IMG/VR virus record: IMGVR_UViG_3300037245_002163
Coordinates: 1-64,000 of that record
Direction: 5' to 3' (one strand)
From: a virus
DNA: 64,000 bases
Part shown: one piece after another, positions 9,354 to 18,958 of the stretch
How positions within the stretch are numbered: position 1 is the first letter of the stretch
How the letters are laid out: every line of letters begins with the position of its first letter
Notes under the pieces: model-generated
Database searches by the model: none
Seen by the model: only the letters and a program-made list of their open reading frames with translations
Told to the model about the DNA's origin: nothing
Position numbers and translations under genes: made by a program

Positions 9354-9868
9354 TGGAAAACTCGAAATACCTACGGCGCAAGAAAGCGGAAGCGTGCCCC
9401 ATTCACCAAGCGGTCTACCAACTTGCGAGCGAGGATATCGTAGACCGCGGTGTTTTCGAGAAGATTGATCTCTTGAAAAGACTCCACTTCGAAGCCGTCG
9501 CGGGCAGCATTCGCTGGGACTACATTTCGGGGTGGATCGAAGCCGAATTGAAGTGTGAGCTGGTTCCGTTGGTAAGCCGCTACTTCCGCCGGCACCGGCA
9601 AGCGGACGTGCAGGATAACCCGGCGGAGTACATCGCTTCGGGCCACGGCAAGAAAACGATGGGCTACGGCGCGGTCGGGTTCAACGAATTGCTCAACTCG
9701 ATCTACATTCACCGGGCCAAGCAACGTGCCGCGGTTACCAACGGCGTGGGCAAGGCGTTCCGTGCGTACATGAGCGAAGTGGAGAAGCGCGGCCTAGAGC
9801 TGCCCACGGACCTGAGCTTGCTGCCATCGGGCGACCCGCCAGAGGCCGGCGAGCAGCACGCTCAGTAG
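9353..9868 (+). CDS. Hypothetical protein coupled to the ParB-like gene
   Basis: TAATG stop/start overlap; 171 aa. Confidence 0.7.
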   Translation: MENSKYLRRKKAEACPIHQAVYQLASEDIVDRGVFEKIDLLKRLHFEAVAGSIRWDYISGWIEAELKCELVPLVSRYFRRHRQADVQDNPAEYIASGHGKKTMGYGAVGFNELLNSIYIHRAKQRAAVTNGVGKAFRAYMSEVEKRGLELPTDLSLLPSGDPPEAGEQHAQ

Positions 9869-10036
9869 AACGCCCGGCGCCCCCTGGTAGGCCAGGGAGC
9901 GTAAGGTCCGCGCGCTCGATCATCGAACCCGCTCCCGGTGGTCTGGCAAGACCGCCGTGCTCTTGGTTCAGAAGATGTGGGTGGGAGCGAGCTGCAACAC
10001 CATTGCTGCCCCGATGATCGATGACCGGGGTTCTAC
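9865..10036. ncRNA. Putative ~170-nt multibranched structured RNA
   Basis: Closing stem GTAGAAC(G)CCCGG/CCGGGGTTCTAC, inner TCGATCATCG/CGATGATCGA, CGCTCCC/GGGAGCG, plus side hairpins. Confidence 0.5.
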
Positions 10037-10176
10037 AATTATCGCGGCCCGCGAAGCAAGCGCCTTGTGATAGAAAGGCAACCGCCCTGAGCCTATGCGC
10101 GGCGACTCAGGGCGGTTCATGTGCAAAAACAGGGGTTCGTTCTCGCGTGACGACATGACCCTACAGCCCACCCCAC

Positions 10177-10212
10177 AAAAAGCAACGGCCTAGGTTTGGG
10201 AGCCTAGGCCGC
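10177..10212 (-). terminator. Intrinsic terminator-like hairpin, antisense to the flanking genes
   Basis: CGGCCTAGG/CCTAGGCCG stem followed by TTGCTTTTT on the minus strand. Confidence 0.55.
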
Positions 10213-10328
10213 TACCGGCACAACGAATAACTTTCGACGACACATCCCCCAGGAGTTTGGGAAGCCCCCCATGGGATAACGGCATTGTGCCATTATCCCC
10301 TGAGTTGGGCAAGCACATCCAATTGCCC

Positions 10329-11699
10329 ATGATTCACCTAGTACGCGGCAACAGCTTCACGGATATTCACGGCGCCCCGCAGTGGTTTCTCGACTACATC
10401 GCGCGCCACCTGAGTATCCCCGTCGAAGTGCGCCACAAGAAAGGCGCCCGCTTCGGCAAGATATGGTGGCACGAGGGCGAGCCTTGGGGCTCCCTGGTCC
10501 ACGATAACCGTGTCGCCGCCGGCCTCACGCCGTACGTCGAAAAGCTCGCCGCGCACTACGGGCTCCAATCGCAGACGCGGGATATTCGCGTGGCGCCCGA
10601 AGAGCAAGTGCCGTGGTGGAGCGTGAGCGCGAAGTGGCGCCCGTACCAAGACGACATTCACCGCAAAGTCTGCGCGAGCCCGACCGGGATCATCAACGCG
10701 GTGCCACGGAGCGGCAAGACACTTATGGCAGCGCGCACCATTGACTCTCTTGCGTTGCCCGCGCTCTACATCGCGCCTTCCGTGGCCATCGTGCGCCAGA
10801 CCTACAACGTCTTTTGCGAGCACTTCGGCGAACACATGGTCGCCCGGCTCGATGGGTCGGCCAAGAAACATGAACGGGATATTGAGAAGCCCATCGTGAT
10901 CTCCACGACGCCTAGCGCCGTTCGCCTATCGCGGGATTGGTACGACACGCGCGACGTGCTGATCATCGACGAGTCTCACCATAGCGCGGCCGAGACCTAC
11001 CACCGGATCAACTCGCTCGCGCAGAATGTGCACTACCGCTACTTATTCACAGGCACGAATTTCCGTTCTGGCGACGATACGCTGGCGATGGAAGCGATCT
11101 GTTCACAGGTTATCCACCGGGTAACTGTTGGCGATCTCGTTCCGAAGTATCTCGCGAAACCGCGCGTTTTCTTTGCGCCCGTGAAGGGGCCGAAGGTGAG
11201 CGCGGAAGACTGGCGCGCGGCGTATGACAAGGGGATCGTAGACTACGAACCGCGTAACAATCTTATCGTCCACTTAGCGACGATGCTCTCTCAGGATAAT
11301 GCGTTGCCGACGATCGTGTTGGTACGCCGCCGCAAGCACGCGAACATGCTCGCCGAACGCATCCCGAACGCGGTCGCCGTGAAGGGTGGTGAGGCTATTC
11401 TCACGAATGATTCCATCAAAGATTTCCTTGCCGGCAAGGTGCAAGTGCTGGTAGGAACAACGGTCCTAGGGGAAGGTGTTGACGTGCCGTGCGCAGCGGC
11501 TTTGATATACGCTTCCGGTGGTGCTGAAGGGGTCTCGATGCTGCAATCGTATTTTCGTCCGTTGACCGCCCATGAGGGCAAGAAGACGGCGTACATTTAC
11601 GACTTCATCGATTCGCAGCACCGCACACTTCGACGGCACAGCAAACAACGGATCGATTTCGCGCGGTTACATTTGGGAGACTGCGTGAACGCTCCGTGA
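10329..11699 (+). CDS. Superfamily 2 DExH helicase (UvsW/ResIII-like)
   Basis: PRSGKT, IIDESHH, FTGT, GEGVDVP; ATG at 10329 preferred over TTG at 10257. Confidence 0.9.
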   Translation: MIHLVRGNSFTDIHGAPQWFLDYIARHLSIPVEVRHKKGARFGKIWWHEGEPWGSLVHDNRVAAGLTPYVEKLAAHYGLQSQTRDIRVAPEEQVPWWSVSAKWRPYQDDIHRKVCASPTGIINAVPRSGKTLMAARTIDSLALPALYIAPSVAIVRQTYNVFCEHFGEHMVARLDGSAKKHERDIEKPIVISTTPSAVRLSRDWYDTRDVLIIDESHHSAAETYHRINSLAQNVHYRYLFTGTNFRSGDDTLAMEAICSQVIHRVTVGDLVPKYLAKPRVFFAPVKGPKVSAEDWRAAYDKGIVDYEPRNNLIVHLATMLSQDNALPTIVLVRRRKHANMLAERIPNAVAVKGGEAILTNDSIKDFLAGKVQVLVGTTVLGEGVDVPCAAALIYASGGAEGVSMLQSYFRPLTAHEGKKTAYIYDFIDSQHRTLRRHSKQRIDFARLHLGDCVNAP

Positions 11700-11721
11700 C
11701 GAAAGGCATTGGGACGGCACA

Positions 11722-12324
11722 ATGGGGACAATGGTTTGGGAAACCTTAGAGCACTATCATCAACTCAGAACAAAGTACGGACGCAAGAGACCACGCAAGG
11801 TCGCTGCGGACAAAACGCGCGAAGACTCTGAGCACATCGCGCAGTTTCTTACGTGGTGCGGCGATCAACAGTTACCGCCGCGGCTGTTCATGGAAAAGCG
11901 TTTCGAAGCGATGTATCGAGCATCGCGTCGCAAAGCAGTTCCCCGTGCATCCCAGCTCGCAAGTGATCGTCTTGCCGAGTGCTGGCCACGAGTCGAGCAG
12001 AGCCACTACACCGATCAGCACGCTAAGCGGGTAACCCAAGGGCAAGACACGACGGTGCAGATCAACGTGCGCGCGTTGACCGCCGACCCGATGCCCTACC
12101 AGGAAGACGTGAAGCGTCAGAACGCCGGCATGCCCGAAGGGTGCCTCGCGATGCAGAAGTATTCAGGCGGCTACCATCCGAAGAGCGATTGGTGCAAGGG
12201 GTGCGCGTGCAAAGCCGCGTGTACCGACCAGCTCCGATCCGTGCATGGCTTTGACGTGGTGGCGCTCCGCACGGGACGCTACCAGCAAGTGCCAAATCAA
12301 ATCTTACGAGCGGCGTTTGGGTAG
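11722..12324 (+). CDS. Hypothetical replication-associated protein (possible helicase loader/initiator)
   Basis: Between two helicases; YHPKSDWCKGCACKAAC zinc-type motif. Confidence 0.55.
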   Translation: MGTMVWETLEHYHQLRTKYGRKRPRKVAADKTREDSEHIAQFLTWCGDQQLPPRLFMEKRFEAMYRASRRKAVPRASQLASDRLAECWPRVEQSHYTDQHAKRVTQGQDTTVQINVRALTADPMPYQEDVKRQNAGMPEGCLAMQKYSGGYHPKSDWCKGCACKAACTDQLRSVHGFDVVALRTGRYQQVPNQILRAAFG

Positions 12325-12327
12325 GCC

Positions 12328-13695
12328 GTGTCAGTGTTCTCGTTCGATGCGAGCTTTCAAAGGGCGGTGCTCCGCCTTTGCATGGTGGATGACGCGTTTT
12401 GCCTCCGGGCTCTTCAATGGCTAGAGCCGGCGCACTTCACGACCCCGGCCTTCGGGTGGGTATTCAAGCAATGCGACGCGCACTGGCAGCAATACCAGAC
12501 GCGGTGTACGGAGATCCCGCTACGCCAAGCCTTGCAACAGCTTCCCGACGATAAGCGGGCGCTCTACGCGGGCGAGCTAGAGGCGATCGTGGCCTTGGGC
12601 CTTGTGCCCGAAGCCGCCTACATCCGGCATGAGCTATCGGAGTTCTGTAAGCGGGCCATGTTCGCAGACACGCACGCGCAAGCGGCGGTCCACTTCAATC
12701 AGGGGCAGTTCGAAGACGCCTATGCGCTCACGGCCAAGGCGTCGGAAAAGATGGCGGAGATCGACTTCGGCACGGAAGACCGTCAGTGGTTTTTCGATGA
12801 GCTAGGCGACCGCCAAGTAGGCCGCTGGAAAAATCAGAGCGCGCTTCGCCCTGAGCCTTTCTTTACGGGCATCCATGATCTCGATGCGCGTACCAACGGG
12901 GGCGTGCATCTAGGCGAGCTATGGGTCGTCTTCGCGTACGCCAAGCGGTGTAAGTCGACGTGGCTCATCAATCAGGGGTTCAACGCCTTGAACGTCATGG
13001 CGCGGCCCGTGCTCCACATCGTGCTTGAAGGTTCGGGCGAACAGATCGCGGCCCGCTACGATGCGATCTTTAGCCAAGAGCTGTACACGAACGTCAAGCA
13101 CGGGAATATCAACGCCACGGCTTACCGGGCCATGCACGAGCGGTACGCGCGCCTCAAAAAGAAGCTAGTGATCCGCACGTTGAACGATTGGGATGTGAAC
13201 GTGCTGCACATTCAGGCTGAGATCGCCAAGCTCAAAGCGCAGAATTTCAAGCCTGAGCTGTTGCTCGTCGACTACATGGATCTGTTGCGCTCGCGTTCGA
13301 ACGTCGACAGCGAGACTCAGCACCAAGTCAACGCGGCTCGCGATCTGAAACGGCTTGTGAACCAAGAGAAAGTCGCGTGCTGGAGCGCGTGGCAGGCTCA
13401 GAGGCCCAAGCCGGGCTCCCAAGAGAAAGAACACGTGCTCACAAGCTCCAACGTCGCCGATGCCTACGCCAAGGTCCGCATCGTGGACGCCTATGGGAGC
13501 CTGAATGCCACGGATGCGGAGATGGCGGAAGGCCGGATGCGGGTGTACATGGAAGGCCACCGCGATGCCCCGATCGGCAAGCTCTACACGATCCGCAACG
13601 ATCTGAGCACCATGCGCATGATCACGGCCGTCGAAGGGACCGGCGAATCCCTGGTCCCGCCGCCACCATCCGACACCTACCGGGCGCCGTCGTGA
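12328..13695 (+). CDS. DnaB-like (SF4) replicative helicase
   Basis: TGIHDLDARTNGG...GEL, variant Walker A AYAKRCKST, VLE, LLLVDYMDLL, SAWQAQR. Confidence 0.9.
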   Translation: MSVFSFDASFQRAVLRLCMVDDAFCLRALQWLEPAHFTTPAFGWVFKQCDAHWQQYQTRCTEIPLRQALQQLPDDKRALYAGELEAIVALGLVPEAAYIRHELSEFCKRAMFADTHAQAAVHFNQGQFEDAYALTAKASEKMAEIDFGTEDRQWFFDELGDRQVGRWKNQSALRPEPFFTGIHDLDARTNGGVHLGELWVVFAYAKRCKSTWLINQGFNALNVMARPVLHIVLEGSGEQIAARYDAIFSQELYTNVKHGNINATAYRAMHERYARLKKKLVIRTLNDWDVNVLHIQAEIAKLKAQNFKPELLLVDYMDLLRSRSNVDSETQHQVNAARDLKRLVNQEKVACWSAWQAQRPKPGSQEKEHVLTSSNVADAYAKVRIVDAYGSLNATDAEMAEGRMRVYMEGHRDAPIGKLYTIRNDLSTMRMITAVEGTGESLVPPPPSDTYRAPS

Positions 13696-14702
13696 TCGAC
13701 TTCGACCGCGCGCTCCGCCAGCTCGATGTGGGCGCCTTCATTCAGAAGGTAGGGGGCCAAAAAGAGTCACGGTCGGCCCAGAGCCACGAATACCTGTTGC
13801 CGTGCCCGAAGTGCGGCTCTTCGCGGCTTCGATGGAACCACCATAAAGACGCGTGGATCTGTTGGGGGTGCAACCGAACGGGGAACACGGCGATGCTTGT
13901 GCAGCTCGCCTTTGGCATCAACGCTGACGCGGCCCGCAAGTTCATCCTAGACGGGTACGACGGTGGGGATGGGAACCATGCGAGCCTAGATGTGCAGTGC
14001 ATCGCCCCCGTCGCCCCGAAGCGAGCCCAGCTCCGCCGGCTCCCGACTATCCCATGGCCTACGGACGTGGAACGGCTCGCGTACGTACACATGCACGCCC
14101 AAGCGTGGATCTACTTGCACAAGCGTGGTGTGACCCAAGAGCAAGCCGCCGCGTGGCACTTGGGCTTTTGCCGGCACGGGTGGCTCAAAGGCTATCTCTT
14201 CTTTCCCGTCTACATGGACGACGGGCTAGTGTACTGGCAAGCGCGCGCAGCTTTCGACCCACCGGGTGGGGAGCGCAAGGGATTCAAAAAGACCATGAAC
14301 CCGAAGAGCGTCGAAGGGAACGCGTTGGCCGGCGACGTGTTGCTCAACTACGATCGCGCACGTACCGAAGAGCACGTCGTGATTACCGAAGGGCCGTTCG
14401 ATGCGATCAAGGTGGGCATCAACGCGGTGTCGCTACTTGGGAAGGTCGCAACGCCGCACAAGGTGGCCCGGCTCTTACGCATGCGCGCGATGCGCTACAC
14501 GATCTATCTCGACCGCGGGCAAGAGGAACGGCAGTACGCCGAAGCACTCGCGCGACAACTCAGCGTGCAAGCGCCGACGTTCATCGCGACTCCCCCAGAA
14601 GGTTACGACCCCGGCGCTCTAACCCCCGAACAGAACGCATGGGTAATCAACAGAGCGGTGCGCTACAAAGCGCAGCTCAGCGAACGCCCGTTAGCCCACT
14701 AG
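13692..14702 (+). CDS. DNA primase (zinc ribbon + TOPRIM)
   Basis: CPKC...CWGC, VITEGPFDAI, YLD, GYDPG; GTG start overlaps the helicase stop. Confidence 0.9.
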   Translation: MIDFDRALRQLDVGAFIQKVGGQKESRSAQSHEYLLPCPKCGSSRLRWNHHKDAWICWGCNRTGNTAMLVQLAFGINADAARKFILDGYDGGDGNHASLDVQCIAPVAPKRAQLRRLPTIPWPTDVERLAYVHMHAQAWIYLHKRGVTQEQAAAWHLGFCRHGWLKGYLFFPVYMDDGLVYWQARAAFDPPGGERKGFKKTMNPKSVEGNALAGDVLLNYDRARTEEHVVITEGPFDAIKVGINAVSLLGKVATPHKVARLLRMRAMRYTIYLDRGQEERQYAEALARQLSVQAPTFIATPPEGYDPGALTPEQNAWVINRAVRYKAQLSERPLAH

Positions 14703-14891
14703 CGACTGCCACTTCACCCTTCCGCCCGTGGCGGTTTCAATCTTGCGTGCGGTTGCAACCGTAGCGACTCGCGTGCCTTTGAACAGGTCGTGAACAGTCT
14801 GGTAGCGAAGCCCTGTAAGCCTCGCCAAGTCGGCTCGCGCCCCGTGCCCGCGCTTATCGCACCAGCGTTGGAGATCGGATTTTTTGCTCAT
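14691..14891 (-). CDS. Cro/CI-type HTH transcription regulator
   Basis: RADLARLTGLRYQTVHDLFKG...ARKIETATGGRV; promoter TTGACC-17-CATAAT-6-ATG at 14898-14926. Confidence 0.85.
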   Translation of the reverse strand: MSKKSDLQRWCDKRGHGARADLARLTGLRYQTVHDLFKGTRVATVATARKIETATGGRVKWQSLVG

Positions 14892-14968
14892 CCTCTGATT
14901 ATGAGGGATGGCGGATGGACGGTCAATCGGTTAGTTTTCCAGGGAAAAAGGTCCATTTGAAATTATCC

Positions 14969-15020
14969 TTGCATCGTCTACGGTCGGTCGGCTACTCTTA
15001 GTAGTGAAGGGACCAAGACC
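14969..15020 (+). promoter_or_regulatory. Early promoter/leader cassette, copy 1
   Basis: TTGCAT-18-TACTCT; CGTCTACG in spacer; leader TGAAGGGACCAAGACC-ATG. Confidence 0.75.
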
Positions 15021-15902
15021 ATGACCGAAACAAAGACCACCCGCATCACCATCAAGACCGCCGACGACGCCCGCGCGTACCTTACGACGCAGAGCTTCAA
15101 CTTCAGCCGCGTCCAGGTCGACGACAATGGCAACGAGTACGAAGAGCATCGCGAGACCTGCAAGCGTTGCGGCGGCGCGGGCTACTACCCCACGCAGTTT
15201 CACGGCGCGTGTTTCGAGTGCGGCGGCAGCCCCCCGAACCGCATCGTGCGCACGTCGCTCATCGCCATCGCGAAGCGGGCTCGCAAGGTCGAGCTTGCCG
15301 CCAACAAGCGGGCTCGCAAGGCCGCGGTCGAAATGGCCGAGCGCAACGAGCGCACCGCCCGCGAAGCCACTGAGTTCGATGCTGCCTTCCCGACCATGCG
15401 CGCCGAGCTTGCCGACTACCTCCCCTACTACTGCGAAGCCGAAGGCACCAACCTCGCGAACAAGGAACACCGCATCTTGAACGACATGGCGACGAAGCTC
15501 GCGCGCTACGGTTCAATCTCCGAGAAGGCCGTCACGTTCGCCCGCAAGATGCTCGCCGACGAAGCCGCCCCGAAGGCCGTGCTTACCGAAGGCCGCTACG
15601 AGATGGCCGGCACCATCATCAAAGCGGACATTCACGAGAACCAGTACGGCTCCACTTGGAAGATGACCGTCAAGCTCCCCGATGGCTCGTGCGTTTGGGG
15701 CACCATCCCGGCCGATATCATCAACGTGGCTGTTGAGGCCCGCGTCGACTACGACCAGTTCATCGGCGACATTCTCAGGGGCGCGACCGTGACCTTCACG
15801 GCGACCGTCACCCGCTCCGACAAGTCGACCGACTTCGGCTTTTTCAAGCGCCCCGCCAAGGGCGCGACCGTCACCATCGTGACCGCACGCACGGAGGCGT
15901 GA
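15021..15902 (+). CDS. Hypothetical early protein (CxxCxGxG zinc finger, OB-fold-like C-terminus)
   Basis: CKRCGGAG...CFECGG; strong C-ending codon bias; conserved leader. Confidence 0.75.
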   Translation: MTETKTTRITIKTADDARAYLTTQSFNFSRVQVDDNGNEYEEHRETCKRCGGAGYYPTQFHGACFECGGSPPNRIVRTSLIAIAKRARKVELAANKRARKAAVEMAERNERTAREATEFDAAFPTMRAELADYLPYYCEAEGTNLANKEHRILNDMATKLARYGSISEKAVTFARKMLADEAAPKAVLTEGRYEMAGTIIKADIHENQYGSTWKMTVKLPDGSCVWGTIPADIINVAVEARVDYDQFIGDILRGATVTFTATVTRSDKSTDFGFFKRPAKGATVTIVTARTEA

Positions 15903-15904
15903 GC

Positions 15905-15956
15905 TTGACGGCCGTACACGATTCATCGTATAGAGAGATTGAAGGGAACGAAGACC
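15905..15956 (+). promoter_or_regulatory. Early promoter/leader cassette, copy 2
   Basis: TTGACG-18-TATAGA; CGTACACG in spacer; leader TGAAGGGAACGAAGACC-ATG. Confidence 0.8.
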
Positions 15957-16910
15957 ATGGCGAACCAGAGAAAACGAAAGAAGGGGGCTCCGCTGTTCGA
16001 CCACGCGGGCGTGCGGCCTCGCAAGAATGTGAAGATCGGCGATACGGGCGTTGTCATGCCCGGCCTCGCTGAGCGGCACTTCCTGAGCCCCAGCCCCCAG
16101 CCCTACCGCTTTCCCCAGCGCGAGGTTACCGACTTGGCTGCGGGCCTCACGTTGGGCACGAACGTCATGCTCACTGGACCCACGGGGTGCGGCAAGACTT
16201 CGCTCGTCGCGCGGATCGCTTCCGAGCTGGGTCGGCCGTTCGTTCGGTTCAACTGCGATGGTGAGACGCGGGTTTCGAATCTGCGCGGCATGATGCGCCC
16301 GACCAGCGATGGCGGCGTGCTGAGCTTGAAGTTCAATCCCGGCGACTTGGCCGTTGCGATGCGCGAGGGCTATTGGGTTCTCTTCGACGAGATCGACGCG
16401 GCGCTCCCGAGCGTGCTCTTCGTTTTGCAGCCGGTGCTCGAAGAGGGTAACCGCTCGCTGCACATCCCTGAGACCGGCGAGACCGTTATCCCGCATGAAG
16501 ACTTCGCGGTGTTCGCTACGGGCAACACGATCGGCTACCGCGCCATGGCGCGAGCACGCCACGCCGGCACGCATTCGTTGAACGCGGCTTTCCTTGACCG
16601 CTTCGGGATCGTGATCGACTGCGGCTACCCGGAGCGCAAAGAAGAGATCAAGCGGATTCAGTGTCACGTGTCGGATCTCAAAATCGACTTCATTGACTCC
16701 GCTTGCCGCGTGGCGAACAAGCTCCGCCAAGACAAAAACTTCGTGAGCGATTTTTCGACGCGCCGGCTGATTCAGTGGTGCAAGGTCATGGAGCTAATGG
16801 GCGACGGGATTCGCGCTGCGGAGCTGACGATTCTGCGCAAGCTCGAAAGCCCGACCGATGCAGAGGTCGCCAAGCAAGCCATCAACCGCCAGTTTGGGTA
16901 CGACAAATGA
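15957..16910 (+). CDS. MoxR/CbbQ/CobS-like AAA+ ATPase
   Basis: GPTGCGKT, LFDEID, FATGNT, NAAFLDRF, FSTRRL. Confidence 0.9.
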   Translation: MANQRKRKKGAPLFDHAGVRPRKNVKIGDTGVVMPGLAERHFLSPSPQPYRFPQREVTDLAAGLTLGTNVMLTGPTGCGKTSLVARIASELGRPFVRFNCDGETRVSNLRGMMRPTSDGGVLSLKFNPGDLAVAMREGYWVLFDEIDAALPSVLFVLQPVLEEGNRSLHIPETGETVIPHEDFAVFATGNTIGYRAMARARHAGTHSLNAAFLDRFGIVIDCGYPERKEEIKRIQCHVSDLKIDFIDSACRVANKLRQDKNFVSDFSTRRLIQWCKVMELMGDGIRAAELTILRKLESPTDAEVAKQAINRQFGYDK

Positions 16911-18958
16911 TCGACCTGCAACACGTCATGGAGCGCGTTGGCCGCATCGTAGCGGCCGACCAGCTACTCAAAGTCGACGTGCGCGGCGTCAAGGCGTTCG
17001 CCGTCAAAGGCCGCGTCGTGCTCCCGGCGATCGAAAACTACGATTGGTTGGGCGAGCATGCGGGCCGGATGCTTCATGGCTTGCTCGACCATGAGTGTGG
17101 CCACGCGAGCTTCACTGACTTTGAAGTGATCAAACGGATCGTCGCCGAAGAGACCCCCGCGTTCAAGGCGCTTTGGAACGCGCTAGAAGACGGGATGGTT
17201 GAACGCTTGAAGGGCGCGGAGTACCGGGGCTGCGCGCAGAACATCGAACAGCTTCACGACTGGTATTGGGAGCACGGCGGCGATGGCAACAGCCCGATCT
17301 CTGAGGTCATTGCATCGCACCCCGATCTTTGGACGGCGTTTTGCTTGGGCGCGCACACGGTGGTGGCGCCTTACGGTGGGCACCCCATTGCGACCATCGA
17401 AGAGCTGCACACGGACGCGGGCCGGATGCTGCGCGAAGTCGAAGCCGAGCTTGCCAAGGTGGCCACGGCGACTACGACCGAAGAGATATTCGCCATTACT
17501 AAGACGATCTACGAATGGTTCACGGACGTGGCTGAGCCGCCCAAGCCCGAGCCCGAGCCCGAAGAGTCAGACGAGGATGAAGACGGGGGTGGCGATACGC
17601 GCGATGATGAAGCGGACGATGACTGCGATGCGGAAGATCCTTCTGACGACGTTGACGATGACGACGCTGACGATGCTGACGATGACGGCGATGACAGTCG
17701 GGCTCGTCAGCGCGATGCTGAGCCCGAGGAAGACGACACGGAGGAAGACACGGCCGGCGAGGGGGGCGGTTCCGAGGACCAGCCCGATGACGGCACGGAC
17801 GCGACCGCCAAGGTCGAGCGCAGCAAGAGCCCGATCGTGGATCGTGACTTGGAACGGTGGACTAGGGACGGCACACCGCTGAATCCCGAAGACGCGATCC
17901 AGGTGCGCGTGCGGAGCGTCTTCGAACAACCGCGTTACGTCCAGCCCTATACGGTCTTTAGCCATGAGTTCGATCTTGTGCGTGACTTTTCGGCTGAGAA
18001 CGTGGTCACGGGCAATCAGTTCGCCGCCGATATGAAGGCAGCGCGCGCGGCAAGTGAGCCGCTTGCGATTGCTTTCGAGTCGGCGCTTCGGGCCAAGCGC
18101 GATCTGCGCGCGGTCGGCGGCTTCGACGAGGGGCTGGTCGACCCGGACCTTCTAGGCGAGTTCGCGGTGGGCGCGTGCCCGGTGGATCAGCTCTACCAGC
18201 AATACGTTGCGGAAGACTCTGACGACGTGGCGGTTTCCATCTTGCTCGATTGCTCCGGCTCCATGGGCAACGGGCCGAAGTCGAAGAGCCACTTGGCCAA
18301 GGTCACGGCGCTCGCGCTGCATCAAGCCTTGGCCTCATGCCAGATCGAACATGAGATCACGGGCTTCACCACCTACGAAAGCCACTACGCCAATCGATGG
18401 GTCTCTAGCGACGACGCTTTCCGAAAGCACGCCGCTGAGAACATGGACGCGGCCCGTGCAGCACTCAAAGAAGCGGAAGAGCAGGGGACCGATATCAGCA
18501 AGTTTGCGCGCATCTATCGGATGATCGGGGAAAACACGCTCATCCAAGTGCCCGTCTATGGCGTGTTCAAGAGCTTTGGCGCCACGGACGCGCGGGGGCT
18601 GGAGAACGTCGCCGGCCTCAGTCACAACCTGGACGGCGAAGCGGTGCTTTGGCAAGCGAAGCGGCTGGCGAAGCGAGCGGAGAAGCGGCGGGTCATGTTC
18701 GTACTGAGTGACGGGCAGCCCGAAGGGAGCATCGATAACGCCCAAGGCGCGCTCTACCTGACAGAAGCGGTCCAGCGGGTGCTCGCGTCGGGCATCGAAA
18801 TCTACGGTATCGGGATGGATAGCGCGGCCGTCCGCACGTTCTATCCTGAGCATTGGGTGTGCTCTGACATGCAAGACCTAGGAAGGCTTGCCATGACGGC
18901 GATGACCGATGTATTGCTTCGGTCCCGCATGGAGCGTCAATGGGTACGGGTAGCCTGA
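16907..18958 (+). CDS. CobT-like protein with HExxH motif, acidic linker and vWA domain
   Basis: HECGH...LEDGMVE; D/E-rich linker; MIDAS DCSGSM, NLDGEA, LSDGQP. Confidence 0.85.
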   Translation: MIDLQHVMERVGRIVAADQLLKVDVRGVKAFAVKGRVVLPAIENYDWLGEHAGRMLHGLLDHECGHASFTDFEVIKRIVAEETPAFKALWNALEDGMVERLKGAEYRGCAQNIEQLHDWYWEHGGDGNSPISEVIASHPDLWTAFCLGAHTVVAPYGGHPIATIEELHTDAGRMLREVEAELAKVATATTTEEIFAITKTIYEWFTDVAEPPKPEPEPEESDEDEDGGGDTRDDEADDDCDAEDPSDDVDDDDADDADDDGDDSRARQRDAEPEEDDTEEDTAGEGGGSEDQPDDGTDATAKVERSKSPIVDRDLERWTRDGTPLNPEDAIQVRVRSVFEQPRYVQPYTVFSHEFDLVRDFSAENVVTGNQFAADMKAARAASEPLAIAFESALRAKRDLRAVGGFDEGLVDPDLLGEFAVGACPVDQLYQQYVAEDSDDVAVSILLDCSGSMGNGPKSKSHLAKVTALALHQALASCQIEHEITGFTTYESHYANRWVSSDDAFRKHAAENMDAARAALKEAEEQGTDISKFARIYRMIGENTLIQVPVYGVFKSFGATDARGLENVAGLSHNLDGEAVLWQAKRLAKRAEKRRVMFVLSDGQPEGSIDNAQGALYLTEAVQRVLASGIEIYGIGMDSAAVRTFYPEHWVCSDMQDLGRLAMTAMTDVLLRSRMERQWVRVA

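Noticed and set aside
9865-10036. 6S RNA identity (CUGAACCAAG resemblance on the minus strand)
   Set aside because: The match is short and the fold is multibranched rather than a rod with a central bubble; an Rfam search is needed.
15957-18958. Cobalamin biosynthesis (cobaltochelatase) function
   Set aside because: No CobN or other cob genes are present; this is a generic MoxR/vWA pair.
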